Below, one piece after another: positions 42,705-52,383 of a DNA stretch of 64,000 bases. Within the stretch, counting starts at the first letter, position 1. Each line of letters starts with the position of its first letter. Location: NCBI GenBank assembly GCA_963796195.1, contig CAWCKS010000005.1, forward strand, positions 99,191-163,190, written 5' to 3'. This DNA comes from an uncultured Alphaproteobacteria bacterium. Lineage in GTDB: Bacteria; Pseudomonadota; Alphaproteobacteria; Rhizobiales; Xanthobacteraceae. The notes under the pieces are model-generated. The model made no database searches, had not been told where the DNA came from, and saw only the letters and a list, made by a program, of their open reading frames with translations. A program made the translations under genes and the position numbers.

Positions 42705-43439
42705 CTACACCGTCACGCCACCATCCACTGCGACCTCGGCGCCGGTGATGTAGGAGGCCTCATCCGACAGCAGGAACAGCACGGCCTGCGCGACTTCTTC
42801 CGCGGTGCCGGTGCGGCGCATCGGCACGCTCTTCAGCCGCTTGACGCGCTGGTCGCCGGACCACTCCTTCAGCATGTCGGTCTCGATCGGCCCCGGGTGA
42901 ATCGAGTTGACACGGATCTTGTGCCTCGCGAGGTCCATGGCTGCCGCCTTGGTCATGCCGCGCAGCGCCCACTTCGTCGTGCTGTAGGCGAACGCCTGCG
43001 GCGAGCCGCGCAAGCCAGCGCCCGAGGAGATGTTGACGATCGAGCCGCCGCCGGAGCGTTCCATCGGCCCGACCACGGCCTTCATGCCGAGGAAGCAGCC
43101 GGTCTGGTTGATCAGCAGGTGGCGATTCCACAGGTCGAGGTCGGTCTCGAGCAGGCGCCTCGGCTGATAGATCGCGGCGTTGTTGACGAGACCATGCAGG
43201 CCGCCGAAACTTTCAGCGGTTTGCACCGCGCGGGCCCAATCGGCTTCGCTGGTCACATCCTGGCGCACAAATTTTGCTGAACTGCCGAGTTGCTTCGCGA
43301 GCTGCGAGCCTTCCTTCTCCAGCACGTCGCCGATCACGACCTTCGCGCCTTGCTGCACCAAGAGCCGGCTTTCCGCCGCGCCCTGGCCGCGCGCGCCGCC
43401 AGTGATGAGAATGACTTTGCCGTCGAACCGCGCCATGAG
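42705..43439 (-). CDS. SDR family oxidoreductase
   Basis: TGGARGQG, NNAA, S...YxxxK. Confidence 0.8.
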   Translation of the reverse strand, partial: LMARFDGKVILITGGARGQGAAESRLLVQQGAKVVIGDVLEKEGSQLAKQLGSSAKFVRQDVTSEADWARAVQTAESFGGLHGLVNNAAIYQPRRLLETDLDLWNRHLLINQTGCFLGMKAVVGPMERSGGGSIVNISSGAGLRGSPQAFAYSTTKWALRGMTKAAAMDLARHKIRVNSIHPGPIETDMLKEWSGDQRVKRLKSVPMRRTGTAEEVAQAVLFLLSDEASYITGAEVAVDGGVTV

Positions 43440-43465
43440 ATTTCCTCCGCTTGTTTTTGTTTGAC

Positions 43466-43514
43466 GCGCATGTCCCGGAAAAGTGGATACCGGTTTTCCG
43501 GAAAGGACATGCGC
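43466..43514. promoter_or_regulatory. 49-bp nested palindrome in the SDR 5' leader (copy 1)
   Basis: GCGCATGTCC-CGGAAAA-gtggatac-CGGTTTTCCG-gaaa-GGACATGCGC, 27 nt upstream of the SDR ATG. Near-identical copy at 46128..46176. Confidence 0.55.
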
Positions 43515-43543
43515 AAAGCAAGATATACTCTGGCAGGTTCTTC

Positions 43544-44797
43544 TTAAGGTGTCAGCATCCCGGCAATGGCGCCGAGCAGGCATGTCGTCAGCGTGCCCGA
43601 CACGATCGATTTTAGCCCAAGTGAGACGATGTCCTCGCGCCGCTCTGGAGCCATCGTGGTGAGGCCTGCGATCATGATGCCGAGGCTGGCAAAGTTGGCG
43701 AAGCCGCACAGCGCATACAGCATGATCAGCCGCGTGCGCGCATCGAGCGCGTCGGGCGGCAGCTTGGAAAATTCCGCGTAGGCGACGAGCTCGTTGAGGA
43801 TGGTCTTGATGCCCATCAGGTTGCCGGCGGTGACCGCCTGGCTCCATGGGATGCCCATCAGCCAGCAGATCGGCGCCATCACGAGTCCGAGCATGCGCTG
43901 CAGCGAGATCGGCGCGCCGGCGACGTCGGGCAGCAACCCGAGCACGGCATTGGCGAGATAGACCAGCGCCACCAGCACGATCAGCATGGCGATGATGTTG
44001 AGCAGCAGCTCAAGGCCGGCGGCCGTGCCCTTGGTGATCGCATCCATCGTCGAGGACGCGATCGTGCCGGGGTCGCCAAGCAAGCCGCCAGTGATGCGGC
44101 CCTCGGTCTCTGGCACCATCAGGATCGAGATCAGGATCGCGCCCGGCGCGCCGAGCACCGAGGCGATGACGAGGTGACCGGCGGCATCAGGGATCAGCGG
44201 TCCGAGCATGGTGGCGTAGAGCACGAGCACCGTGCCGGCGATGCCGGCCATGCCGCCGGTCATCACGATGAAGAGTTCGCTGCGCGTGAGCTGCGCCAGA
44301 TACGGCTTGATGAACAGCGGTGACTCGACCATGCCGAGGAAGATGTTGGCGGCGGTCGACAGGCCCACTGCGCCGCCGACCCCGAGCGTGCGCTCCAGCG
44401 CCCACGAGAAGCCGCGCACGATCGGCGGCAGGATACGCCAGTAGAACAGCAGCGTGGTCAGCACGCTCATGACAAGCACGATCGGCAGTGCCTGCAGCGC
44501 TAGGATAAAGTCGGAGCCGGGGATCTTTGGATCGAACGGCAGCGGACCGCCGCCGAGATAGCCGAACACGAACGAGGTGCCGGCGCGGGTCGCATTGGCG
44601 ATGGCGCCGACCGCATCGTTGATGCCGCCGAACGCTGTGGCGACATGCGGCACCTTGATAAAGATGATCGCCGTGACGAGCGTTGCGATCAGGGACGAGA
44701 CTACCTGGCGGATCGACACCTCGCGCGGATGTTCGCTGATCGCCCACGCGATGGCACAGAGCGCAATAATTCCAAAAGCCGACTGTAGTTGCAGCAC
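43544..44797 (-). CDS. NupC/CNT family concentrative nucleoside transporter
   Basis: 417 aa. GLELLLNIIAMLIVLVALVYLAN and overall CNT topology. Confidence 0.7.
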   Translation of the reverse strand: MLQLQSAFGIIALCAIAWAISEHPREVSIRQVVSSLIATLVTAIIFIKVPHVATAFGGINDAVGAIANATRAGTSFVFGYLGGGPLPFDPKIPGSDFILALQALPIVLVMSVLTTLLFYWRILPPIVRGFSWALERTLGVGGAVGLSTAANIFLGMVESPLFIKPYLAQLTRSELFIVMTGGMAGIAGTVLVLYATMLGPLIPDAAGHLVIASVLGAPGAILISILMVPETEGRITGGLLGDPGTIASSTMDAITKGTAAGLELLLNIIAMLIVLVALVYLANAVLGLLPDVAGAPISLQRMLGLVMAPICWLMGIPWSQAVTAGNLMGIKTILNELVAYAEFSKLPPDALDARTRLIMLYALCGFANFASLGIMIAGLTTMAPERREDIVSLGLKSIVSGTLTTCLLGAIAGMLTP

Positions 44798-44868
44798 GAA
44801 GTGTTGAGCCCCCGATCCCAGCCTCTGCTATATAGCGGGCCAGCGTATCGCACGGAGAGCAGAAAGCC

Positions 44869-45243
44869 ATGCGTATTCGTTTCGATTTCGGGACGGTCAC
44901 CCTTGACGCGGAGTTGCTGGACACGCCGACGGCGAAGGCCGTTGCTGCGGCGCTGCCGATCGCAGGCTCGGCGCTGACCTGGGGCGAAGAGGTCTACTTC
45001 GACATCCCGGTGAAGGTCGGTCGCGAGAAGGACGCGCGCGCTATCATGACGCCGGGTGAGATCGCCTACTGGCCCGACGGCCACGCCATTGCGATAGGCT
45101 ACGGCAGGACTCCGATCTCGGAAGCGGGCGAAACGCGGCTCGCGAGCCCGTGTAACGTCTGGGCGAAAGCACTCGGTGACGTGAAGACGCTGGCCAAGGT
45201 GAAGGCGGGCACGAAGATCAAAGTGAGCGCGGTGGGCCAATAG
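44869..45243 (+). CDS. Cyclophilin-like fold protein (Cyclophil_like/DUF369)
   Basis: 124 aa. MRIRFDFG...TPGEIAYWPDGHAIAIGYG pattern. Confidence 0.45.
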   Translation: MRIRFDFGTVTLDAELLDTPTAKAVAAALPIAGSALTWGEEVYFDIPVKVGREKDARAIMTPGEIAYWPDGHAIAIGYGRTPISEAGETRLASPCNVWAKALGDVKTLAKVKAGTKIKVSAVGQ

Positions 45244-45351
45244 GCAGTTGCGTTTCCGCGCTCGTCATCGCTGGGCTTGACCCGGCAATCCATCCTTCTT
45301 GAAGATGGATGCGCGGATCAAGTCCGCGCATGACGCTTGTGATTCTGTGCC

Positions 45352-46107
45352 TCACCCCCGCCCGACGAACGGCATCTTGGTCGCCATCACCGTCATGAAC
45401 AGCACGTTGGCGTCGAGCGGCAGGCTCGCCATGTACACCACCGCGTTCGCAACCGCTTCAACGTCCATGCGCGGTTCGGGGACGGATTGTCCGCTGGGCT
45501 GCAGCACGCCGCGCGTCATCCGCTCGGTCATCGGCGTTGCCGCATTGCCGATGTCGATCTGGCCGCACGCGATGTCGTAGGCGCGGCCGTCGAGCGACGT
45601 TGACTTCGTCAATCCCGTGATCGCGTGCTTGGTCGAGGTGTAGGCCGCCGACAGCGGCCGCGGCGCGTGCGCGGAAATCGAGCCGTTGTTGATGATGCGG
45701 CCGCCGCGCGGGTTCTGATCCTTCATGATGCGGAATGCTTGCTGCGTGCACAGGAACGGTGCGGTGAGGTTGGTGTCGACGACGGCCTTCCATTGTTCGA
45801 CCGAAACATCCTCGAACGGCACCGCCGGGGCACCGATGCCGGCGTTGTTGAACAAGAGGTCGAGCCGGCCAAAGGTCGCCATCGTCTTGGCGAACAGGGC
45901 TGCGATCTGCCCCGGGTCTTTCATGTCGGTCGGCACCGCAAGCGTCTTGACACCAGTGCCGGCGCCAAGCTTCGCAGTCTCGTCGAGCATGTCCTTGCGC
46001 CGTCCGGCGAGCACGGCATGGTAGCCCGCCTCCATCAGGGCAAGTGCGGTGGCGCGGCCGATGCCGGTGCCGGCACCGGTGACAAGTGCGACTTTCTCTT
46101 GGGCCAT
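45352..46107 (-). CDS. SDR family oxidoreductase
   Basis: [22 protein letters not shown]...K. Confidence 0.8.
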   Translation of the reverse strand: MAQEKVALVTGAGTGIGRATALALMEAGYHAVLAGRRKDMLDETAKLGAGTGVKTLAVPTDMKDPGQIAALFAKTMATFGRLDLLFNNAGIGAPAVPFEDVSVEQWKAVVDTNLTAPFLCTQQAFRIMKDQNPRGGRIINNGSISAHAPRPLSAAYTSTKHAITGLTKSTSLDGRAYDIACGQIDIGNAATPMTERMTRGVLQPSGQSVPEPRMDVEAVANAVVYMASLPLDANVLFMTVMATKMPFVGRG

Positions 46108-46127
46108 GGTGGTTTCCTCGCTTTTTA

Positions 46128-46176
46128 GCGCATGTCCCGGAAAAGTGGGTACCGGTTTTCCGAAAAGGACATGCGC
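46128..46176. promoter_or_regulatory. 49-bp nested palindrome in the SDR 5' leader (copy 2), directly downstream of the Anbu stop
   Basis: GCGCATGTCC-CGGAAAA-gtgggtac-CGGTTTTCCG-aaaa-GGACATGCGC. 21 nt upstream of the SDR ATG and 5 nt from the Anbu stop. Confidence 0.55.
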
Positions 46177-46180
46177 AGAA

Positions 46181-46927
46181 CTAAGTTGCGTTCTTGTAGG
46201 GCGGACGCGGGATGTTCTGGTGTGCGGCGCGGAGCGCCGCCGACCAGCGCGAGCGCAGGTCGTGGAAATAGGGCTCACCGGCTTCGATACGGTGGTTGAG
46301 GTCGGCGTCGCAGACGTCGGGGCGCACCACCAGCACATCGATCGGCATGCCGACGCCGAGATTGGAGCGCATCGTCGAGTCCATCGAGATCAGTGCGATC
46401 TTCAGCGCGTCGTAGAGATCGACGTCATAGGTGATGGCGCGATCGAGCACCGGCTTGCCGTATTTGTGCTCGCCGATCTGCAGGTACGGCGTGTCGGTCG
46501 TGCATTCGATAAAATTGCCGGCCGCGTACATCATGAACAGCCGGAGTTTCGCACCCTTGATCTGGCCGCCGAACAGGAACGAGAGGTCAAAATTGACGTC
46601 CTCGGCCTGCAGCGCCTTGCCCTCGGTCGCATGGACATGACGGATCGCACGGCCGATGCGCTGTGCCGCCTGGAACATGGTCGGCGAGTTCATCAGCGTT
46701 TCAAGCTCGTCAGTGTCCGGATTGACCAGGCCTTCGCTCAAGGTCGAGATCACCGACTGGGTCAGCGCAAGGTTACCGGCCGACGCGATCGCCATGATGC
46801 GCTCGCCCGGCTTCGAGAACACGTGCAGCTTGCGGAACGTCGAGATGTTGTCGAGCCCGGCATTGGTGCGGGTATCGGCGATCATCACGAGCCCGTCGCG
46901 CACCAAAACTCCGCAACAATACGTCAT
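46181..46927 (-). CDS. Anbu (ancestral beta-subunit) proteasome-homologue peptidase
   Basis: [24 protein letters not shown] (Ntn-hydrolase Thr nucleophile context). Last gene of the cpATP-grasp / alpha-E / transglutaminase operon. Confidence 0.75.
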   Translation of the reverse strand: MTYCCGVLVRDGLVMIADTRTNAGLDNISTFRKLHVFSKPGERIMAIASAGNLALTQSVISTLSEGLVNPDTDELETLMNSPTMFQAAQRIGRAIRHVHATEGKALQAEDVNFDLSFLFGGQIKGAKLRLFMMYAAGNFIECTTDTPYLQIGEHKYGKPVLDRAITYDVDLYDALKIALISMDSTMRSNLGVGMPIDVLVVRPDVCDADLNHRIEAGEPYFHDLRSRWSAALRAAHQNIPRPPYKNAT

Positions 46928-47013
46928 CTGCCGCCCTTGGAGTTTTTCTTGTGCTGCTTTTTACGCGCTCGGCGAAGGGGCGGCAATATCGGCCGACGTC
47001 GATCATCTAACTC

Positions 47014-47116
47014 GTCATTCCGGGGCGCGAGCGAAGCGAGCGAGCCCGGAATCCATAACCACCGCAGGGAGTATGGATTCCGGGCCCGCGCGAAAGTGCG
47101 CGCGTCCCGGAATGAC
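47014..47116. repeat. REP/BIME-like inverted repeat pair (gtcattccgggg...cccggaatcc / ggattccggg...cccggaatgac)
   Basis: Two imperfect palindromes in inverted orientation between Anbu and the transglutaminase gene. Confidence 0.5.
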
Positions 47117-47147
47117 GGCGTATTAAGCGGCCGCGCTCCGCAAGAAA

Positions 47148-47972
47148 CTAAGACTGGCTTTGCCGCCCGGCCTGATCGACGCGGACCGTAACCGACAGCG
47201 TTTCCGTGCCGCCGCCATAGCGGGTGCCGCGCACCGGCGCCGCGCCGAGATAGTCGAGGCCGATCGCGACGCGGGCGTGCGCATCTGTGGTCGAGATTCC
47301 GTTGGCCGGATCGAAGCCGACCCAGCCGAGATCAGGCACGAAGGCCTCGGCCCAGGCGTGGCCCGCTTCCTGGTGCACGTCGCCATCGGTGCGAAAGAAG
47401 TGGCCGGAGACGAAGCGCGCGGGTACGCCGACCGAGCGCGCCGAGGCAATGAAGATATGCGCGTAATCCTGGCAGACGCCGCGCTTCAACTTGAACGCTT
47501 CGATGGCCGACGTGCCGGTGTTGGTCGGATCGGTGTCGAAGGCCATGTATTCGTTGAGCTGCAGCAGCAGCCCGTGCAGGAAGTCGAGCGTGTTGCCCTC
47601 GGACTCCTCGAACATCTGCCGCGCCATCTTTCGCATGGCGCCGTCGGCCTCGGTGAGCGGTGTCGCGCGCAGGAACAGGCTTGGCGGAAAGCGCTCGACG
47701 GCACCGCGCAGGATGCCGCCGGTGTCCTGTGTATCGATTTGTCCCGCGACATGCACGGTCAGATCGGCGAGGGGACCGTGGCTGAACACGTGGGTGATAT
47801 TGCCGAACGCGTCGTACTGCATGTCGAGCCGAGCATCGACCGAGACGTCGACCTGCCAGTTCGCGACATACTGGCCGTCGTGATTGCCAGGCGTCATGCG
47901 CAGCACCTGGATCACGCCGGTCGCGGGCGGGTCATACTCGTAGGTGGTGGAATGGGAAATCCGCAGGCGCAT
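47148..47972 (-). CDS. Transglutaminase-like cysteine protease family protein
   Basis: Bact_transglu_N plus TGase core KRGVCQDYAHIFIA...GHAWAEAF...D. Confidence 0.8.
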   Translation of the reverse strand: MRLRISHSTTYEYDPPATGVIQVLRMTPGNHDGQYVANWQVDVSVDARLDMQYDAFGNITHVFSHGPLADLTVHVAGQIDTQDTGGILRGAVERFPPSLFLRATPLTEADGAMRKMARQMFEESEGNTLDFLHGLLLQLNEYMAFDTDPTNTGTSAIEAFKLKRGVCQDYAHIFIASARSVGVPARFVSGHFFRTDGDVHQEAGHAWAEAFVPDLGWVGFDPANGISTTDAHARVAIGLDYLGAAPVRGTRYGGGTETLSVTVRVDQAGRQSQS

Positions 47973-48030
47973 GGCTTGTTTACGTCGGTTTCAGGCTCTC
48001 TGCGGACGCTATCCAAAGCGTCAGGCGAAC

Positions 48031-48972
48031 TCAAATCAGATATTGCTTGCCGATGATCTCACCGAGGCGGTTGTTGTCGCCGATGAACTCCTCGATGAAC
48101 TCGTGCAGGCCGCGCTGAAAGATGTCGTCCATGTGGCTGTGTTCGAGGCGGTTGCGGATGCCGCGGGCGTGGCGCTGCGCCGGGCCCTGGCGGCCATAGG
48201 CGACGCCGATCTGGTCGAGGTTGCGAACCAAATTCTCGTAGCAGCTCGCCAGCGACCGCGGCAGCGAGTTGTTGAGGATCAACAGGTCAGCGATCAGCCA
48301 GGGCTTTAGCGTCTCGCGATAGACCCAGTGATAGGCCGTTAGCGCCGAGACCGAGCGCAGGATCGAGGTCCACTGATAGTAGTCGAGGGGCCCGCCGACG
48401 TGCTCGGACTCGGGCAGCAGCATGTGATACTTGACGTCAAGAATGCGCGCAGTGTTGTCGGCGCGTTCCAGATGCAGACCAAGCCGCGAGAACCAGTAGG
48501 CGTCGTTGCGCAACATGGTCCGGTAAGCGGAGCCGTCGAAGCGCAGCGAGGTTTCCTGCACAAAGCGCAGGAAGCGGGTCAGCTCCTCGCGATTCTTGAT
48601 GAGGCCGGACCAGGTCTGTTGCAGCTCGATCCAGGCGCCGTTGATGGTGTCCCACATCTCGGTGGTGAGCGCGGTGCGCACCGAGCGCGAGTTGAGCCGC
48701 GCCGCTTCGATGCAGTTGCGGATCGAGGAGGGATTTGCGGGCGAGAAAGCAAGATATTCAACGACCGCTTGCTCGTCGGCGACTTCGTAGTGCTGGTAAA
48801 AGCCGTCGCCGATGCCGGCGGTGAGCAGCGCCAATTCCCACTCGTTCTTGCCGACATAGGTCGACGGCAGCGAGGTCGCCCGCAGCGTCGCCTCGATGGT
48901 GCGCGCAAGATATTCCGCGCGTTCGACGTAGCGCGCCAACCAGTACAGATTTTCGGCGGTGCGTGAGAGCAT
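48031..48972 (-). CDS. Alpha-E domain protein (DUF403)
   Basis: MLSRTAENLYWLARYVERAE...RFLRF is typical of alpha-E. Confidence 0.8.
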   Translation of the reverse strand: MLSRTAENLYWLARYVERAEYLARTIEATLRATSLPSTYVGKNEWELALLTAGIGDGFYQHYEVADEQAVVEYLAFSPANPSSIRNCIEAARLNSRSVRTALTTEMWDTINGAWIELQQTWSGLIKNREELTRFLRFVQETSLRFDGSAYRTMLRNDAYWFSRLGLHLERADNTARILDVKYHMLLPESEHVGGPLDYYQWTSILRSVSALTAYHWVYRETLKPWLIADLLILNNSLPRSLASCYENLVRNLDQIGVAYGRQGPAQRHARGIRNRLEHSHMDDIFQRGLHEFIEEFIGDNNRLGEIIGKQYLI

Positions 48973-48973
48973 G

Positions 48974-50392
48974 TTAGCCGTCCAGCACCCAGGTGTCCTT
49001 GGTGCCGCCGCCCTGGCTCGAGTTGACGACCAGTGAGCCTTCCTTCAGCGCGACCCGCGTCAGCCCGCCCGGCACGATAGTCGTGTGCTCGCGGCCGGTC
49101 AGGACGAACGGGCGGAGGTCGACGTGGCGCGGGGCAAGGCCTTTTTCGGTCGCGATCGGGCAGGTCGACAGCGCCAGCGTCGGCTGTGCGATAAAGCCTT
49201 CCGGATGCGCCTTCAGCTTGTCGCGGAACGCCGAGATCATCTCCTTCGTCGACGCCGGCCCGATCAGCATGCCGTAACCGCCGGAGCCGTGCACTTCCTT
49301 GACCACGAGCTCGTGCAGGTGCTCGAGTACGTAGGTCAAATCTTTCGGCTCGCGGCAACGCCAGGTCGGCACGTTCTTCAGGATCGGCTCTTCCGAAAGA
49401 TAGAACCGCACGATCTCCGGCATGTAGCTGTAAACGGCCTTGTCGTCCGAAATCCCCGTGCCGACCGCGTTGGCGAGCGTGATGTTGCCGGCCATGTAGG
49501 CCGACATCAGGCCGGGCACGCCGAGCATCGAGTCCGGGCGGAAGGCGAGGGGATCGAGGAAATCGTCGTCGAGCCGGCGATACATCACGTCGACGCGTTT
49601 CAAGCCTTCCGTCGTCCGCATGAAGACTTCTTCGCCCTTGACCATGAGGTCACGGCCTTCAACGAGCTCGATGCCGAGCTTGTCGGCCAGGAAGGAGTGC
49701 TCGTAATAGGCGGAGTTGTAGATGCCGGGCGTCAGCAGCGCGACGCTCGGCTCGCCCGCGGCGGTATCTGGCGCAACTGAACGCAGTGCGGCCAGCAGCG
49801 CATCCGGATAATTCTCGACCGGGGCGACGCGGTGCCGCGCAAAAAGGTCCGGAAACAGCCGCATCATGATCTCACGGTTTTCCAGCATGTAGGACACGCC
49901 CGACGGCGTGCGCGCATTGTCCTCCAGCACATAGAATTGCTCGGCATCGACACGGACGATGTCGACGCCGGCGATGTGGACATAGATGTCGTGCGGCACG
50001 TCCTGGCCGTTCATCTCTGGCCTAAACACGGGGTTCTGGAAGATCAGGTCGTCGGGAATGATGTTGGCGCGCAGGATATCGCGACCGTGGTAGATGTCGC
50101 GCAGGAACAGGTTCAGCGCCTTGACCCGTTGCTTCAGGCCCTTCTCCAGCAGCGTCCACTCTTTCGCGCTGATGATGCGCGGCACCACGTCAAACGGGAT
50201 CAGCCGCTCCTGGGCTTCGGCTTCGCCGTAAACGGCAAAGGTGATGCCGATCCGGCGGAACAACAGCTCGGCTTCCTTGCGCCGATATTCCAGAGCATCC
50301 GGCGGCGTCTCCTTCAGCCAGAGCGCAAGCTCTTTATAGGCGGGACGCAACGCACCGTCCGGCCCGAACATCTCGTCGAAAGCAACCGCCAT
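48974..50392 (-). CDS. Circularly permuted type 2 ATP-grasp protein (DUF404/DUF407)
   Basis: 472 aa. ...ALLTPGIYNSAYYEHSFLA...GVSYMLENR. 2-nt gap to alpha-E. Confidence 0.8.
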   Translation of the reverse strand: MAVAFDEMFGPDGALRPAYKELALWLKETPPDALEYRRKEAELLFRRIGITFAVYGEAEAQERLIPFDVVPRIISAKEWTLLEKGLKQRVKALNLFLRDIYHGRDILRANIIPDDLIFQNPVFRPEMNGQDVPHDIYVHIAGVDIVRVDAEQFYVLEDNARTPSGVSYMLENREIMMRLFPDLFARHRVAPVENYPDALLAALRSVAPDTAAGEPSVALLTPGIYNSAYYEHSFLADKLGIELVEGRDLMVKGEEVFMRTTEGLKRVDVMYRRLDDDFLDPLAFRPDSMLGVPGLMSAYMAGNITLANAVGTGISDDKAVYSYMPEIVRFYLSEEPILKNVPTWRCREPKDLTYVLEHLHELVVKEVHGSGGYGMLIGPASTKEMISAFRDKLKAHPEGFIAQPTLALSTCPIATEKGLAPRHVDLRPFVLTGREHTTIVPGGLTRVALKEGSLVVNSSQGGGTKDTWVLDG

Positions 50393-50629
50393 GTCCTGTT
50401 GGACTGCTTTTCCCCTTACGCCTCCCGAACGACAGGTCGGCTCAAACTGATGGTAGCAAGGGCCGGGCCAGCGCGATAAGCATCGATGTTGGTGTATTGG
50501 TAGCGTGTCGGACCGGGCCGTGCCACAAAAATAGGCTCATCGCTGCCGCTTGCGCAGGCAAGCCGGGGCGGTTTGAATACGAAATGGAATGCGCGGGCCC
50601 AAATGGCACGCGATCGAAGGAGAGGGGTC

Positions 50630-51364
50630 ATGACCGACATCGTCACGGCAGCGGTTCTGGTGATCGGGGATGAGATCCTGTCCGGACGCACCAAGGACAA
50701 GAATATCGGTTTCATTGCCGAGTATCTGACCAACATCGGCATCGACCTGAAAGAGGTCCGCGTCGTCGCCGACGACGAAGACGACATTGTTGCCGCGCTG
50801 AATGCGCTGCGCAAACGGTATGATTATGTGTTCACGACCGGCGGCATCGGCCCGACCCATGACGACATCACCGCCGACAGCATAGCCAAAGCGTTCAGTG
50901 TCGGCATCCACCACCATCCCGACGTGGTCGAGCGGTTCCGCAAGCGCTTCCAGGGCGATTTGAACGAAGCGCGGTTGCGGATGGCGCGGGTGCCCGACGG
51001 CGCGTCGCTGGTGGAGAGCGCGACCATCATGGCGCCGGGGTTCTGGATCGAGAACGTCATCACCATGGCGGGCGTGCCGTCGATCATGCAGGCGATGATG
51101 GATATCGTCGCGCCAAAACTGCGCTCGGGCCCACGGATGCTGTCGGAGAGCGTGCGCGCCAACGCCCGCGAGGGCGACATCGGCACACCTTTGAGGGAAA
51201 TCCAGGAGGCGCATCCGGACACGGTGATCGGCAGCTATCCGTTCATGGACGAGGACAAGAAGCCGAACACCAATCTCGTGGTGCGCTCGCGCGACCCGGA
51301 AAAACTGCGCGCCGCGATGGATGCCGTGCAGGCGATGCTCACGACGGTGAAGCGGACGGTTTAA
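50630..51364 (+). CDS. CinA N-terminal-type molybdopterin-binding (MoCF biosynthesis domain) protein
   Basis: AAVLVIGDEILSGRTKDKN...TTGGIGPTHDDIT. Confidence 0.7.
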   Translation: MTDIVTAAVLVIGDEILSGRTKDKNIGFIAEYLTNIGIDLKEVRVVADDEDDIVAALNALRKRYDYVFTTGGIGPTHDDITADSIAKAFSVGIHHHPDVVERFRKRFQGDLNEARLRMARVPDGASLVESATIMAPGFWIENVITMAGVPSIMQAMMDIVAPKLRSGPRMLSESVRANAREGDIGTPLREIQEAHPDTVIGSYPFMDEDKKPNTNLVVRSRDPEKLRAAMDAVQAMLTTVKRTV

Positions 51365-51836
51365 GTGACGCTCACGACGCGGCCGGTCACGACGGATGAT
51401 CTCGAACTGATCTGCGAGCAGCGCGAGCGGCTGTTTCGCGAATCGAACGCGCCCGGTCGCACCGAGGAAATCATCACAACGCAGACCGCGCATTTCCGGC
51501 CGTGGCTGTCGCCGCGGCTGCGCGACGGCTCGTATTTCGGTTACATTGTCGAGGACGCGGGCAAGCCCATCGCAGGGATCGGCTTGATGCTGATCGACTG
51601 GCCGCCGGGGCCGGCGCATCCGACATCAGACAAGCGCGGCTATGTGCTCAACGTGTTTGTCGAGCCGTCGCACCGGCGGAAAGGTCTTGCAGCAAAGCTG
51701 ATGGAACTTGCCGATCGGGAGTTTGAGGGGCGCGGCGTCGACCTACGCTATCCTGAACGCGACCCGAATGGGCCGGCCGCTCTATGAAAAGCTTGGCTGG
51801 GCGGCAACCAACGAAATGGCGAAGGCCTTGCGGTGA
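51365..51836 (+). pseudogene. GNAT family N-acetyltransferase, frameshift near 51745
   Basis: VEPSHRRKGLAAKLM. C-terminal ...MGRPLYEKLGW... continues in another frame. Confidence 0.55.
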
Positions 51837-51863
51837 TATGAAGCGAGCGCATCGGATGAGAGC

Positions 51864-52376
51864 ATGAGCGAGAAAGCCGCGCCGCCGCCGGAAAAAATAT
51901 TTCCGGTGTCGTGGGATCAATTTCATCGCGACTCCCGCGCGCTGGCCTGGCGGCTGAACGGGCTTGGCCCGTTCCATGCCATCGTCGCGATTACGCGGGG
52001 CGGGCTCGTGCCGGCCGCGATCGTCGCCCGCGAACTGAACATTCGCGTCATCGATACGGTCTGCGTTGCCAGCCGCGAGCATCAGACCGAGGTCGATTTG
52101 AAACTGCTGAAAGGTGTCTCAGCCGGCGTCGCAAAGCTCGGTGGCGGCCGCGGCAAGAACCTGTTGATCGTCGACGACCTCGTCGACACCGGCAAGACTG
52201 CCAAGGTGGTGCGCGATCTCCTGCCCGAGGCGCACTTCGCGACCGTCTACGCCAAGCCGATGGGACGACCTCTGGTCGACACGTTTGTTACCGAGGTGTC
52301 GCAGGACACCTGGATCTTCTTTCCGACGGACACCGCTCTCGCCTTCCAGCCACCGCTGCGTGAAGGGGGCGCGTAA
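51864..52376 (+). CDS. gpt: Xanthine-guanine phosphoribosyltransferase
   Basis: [20 protein letters not shown]...[14 protein letters not shown] (PRPP-binding). Confidence 0.85.
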   Translation: MSEKAAPPPEKIFPVSWDQFHRDSRALAWRLNGLGPFHAIVAITRGGLVPAAIVARELNIRVIDTVCVASREHQTEVDLKLLKGVSAGVAKLGGGRGKNLLIVDDLVDTGKTAKVVRDLLPEAHFATVYAKPMGRPLVDTFVTEVSQDTWIFFPTDTALAFQPPLREGGA

Positions 52377-52383
52377 TCTTCTT

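Noticed and set aside
42630-42753. Short ORFs translating REP hairpins (MGPRVRGNDH..., VPAFAGTTT...)
   Set aside because: They arise from translating palindromic REP DNA and are not genes.
50393-50629. Sigma-54 promoter (TGGCAC-N5-TTGC) upstream of the Anbu operon at aaatggcacgcgatcgaagg
   Set aside because: GG/GC spacing does not fit the -24/-12 consensus.
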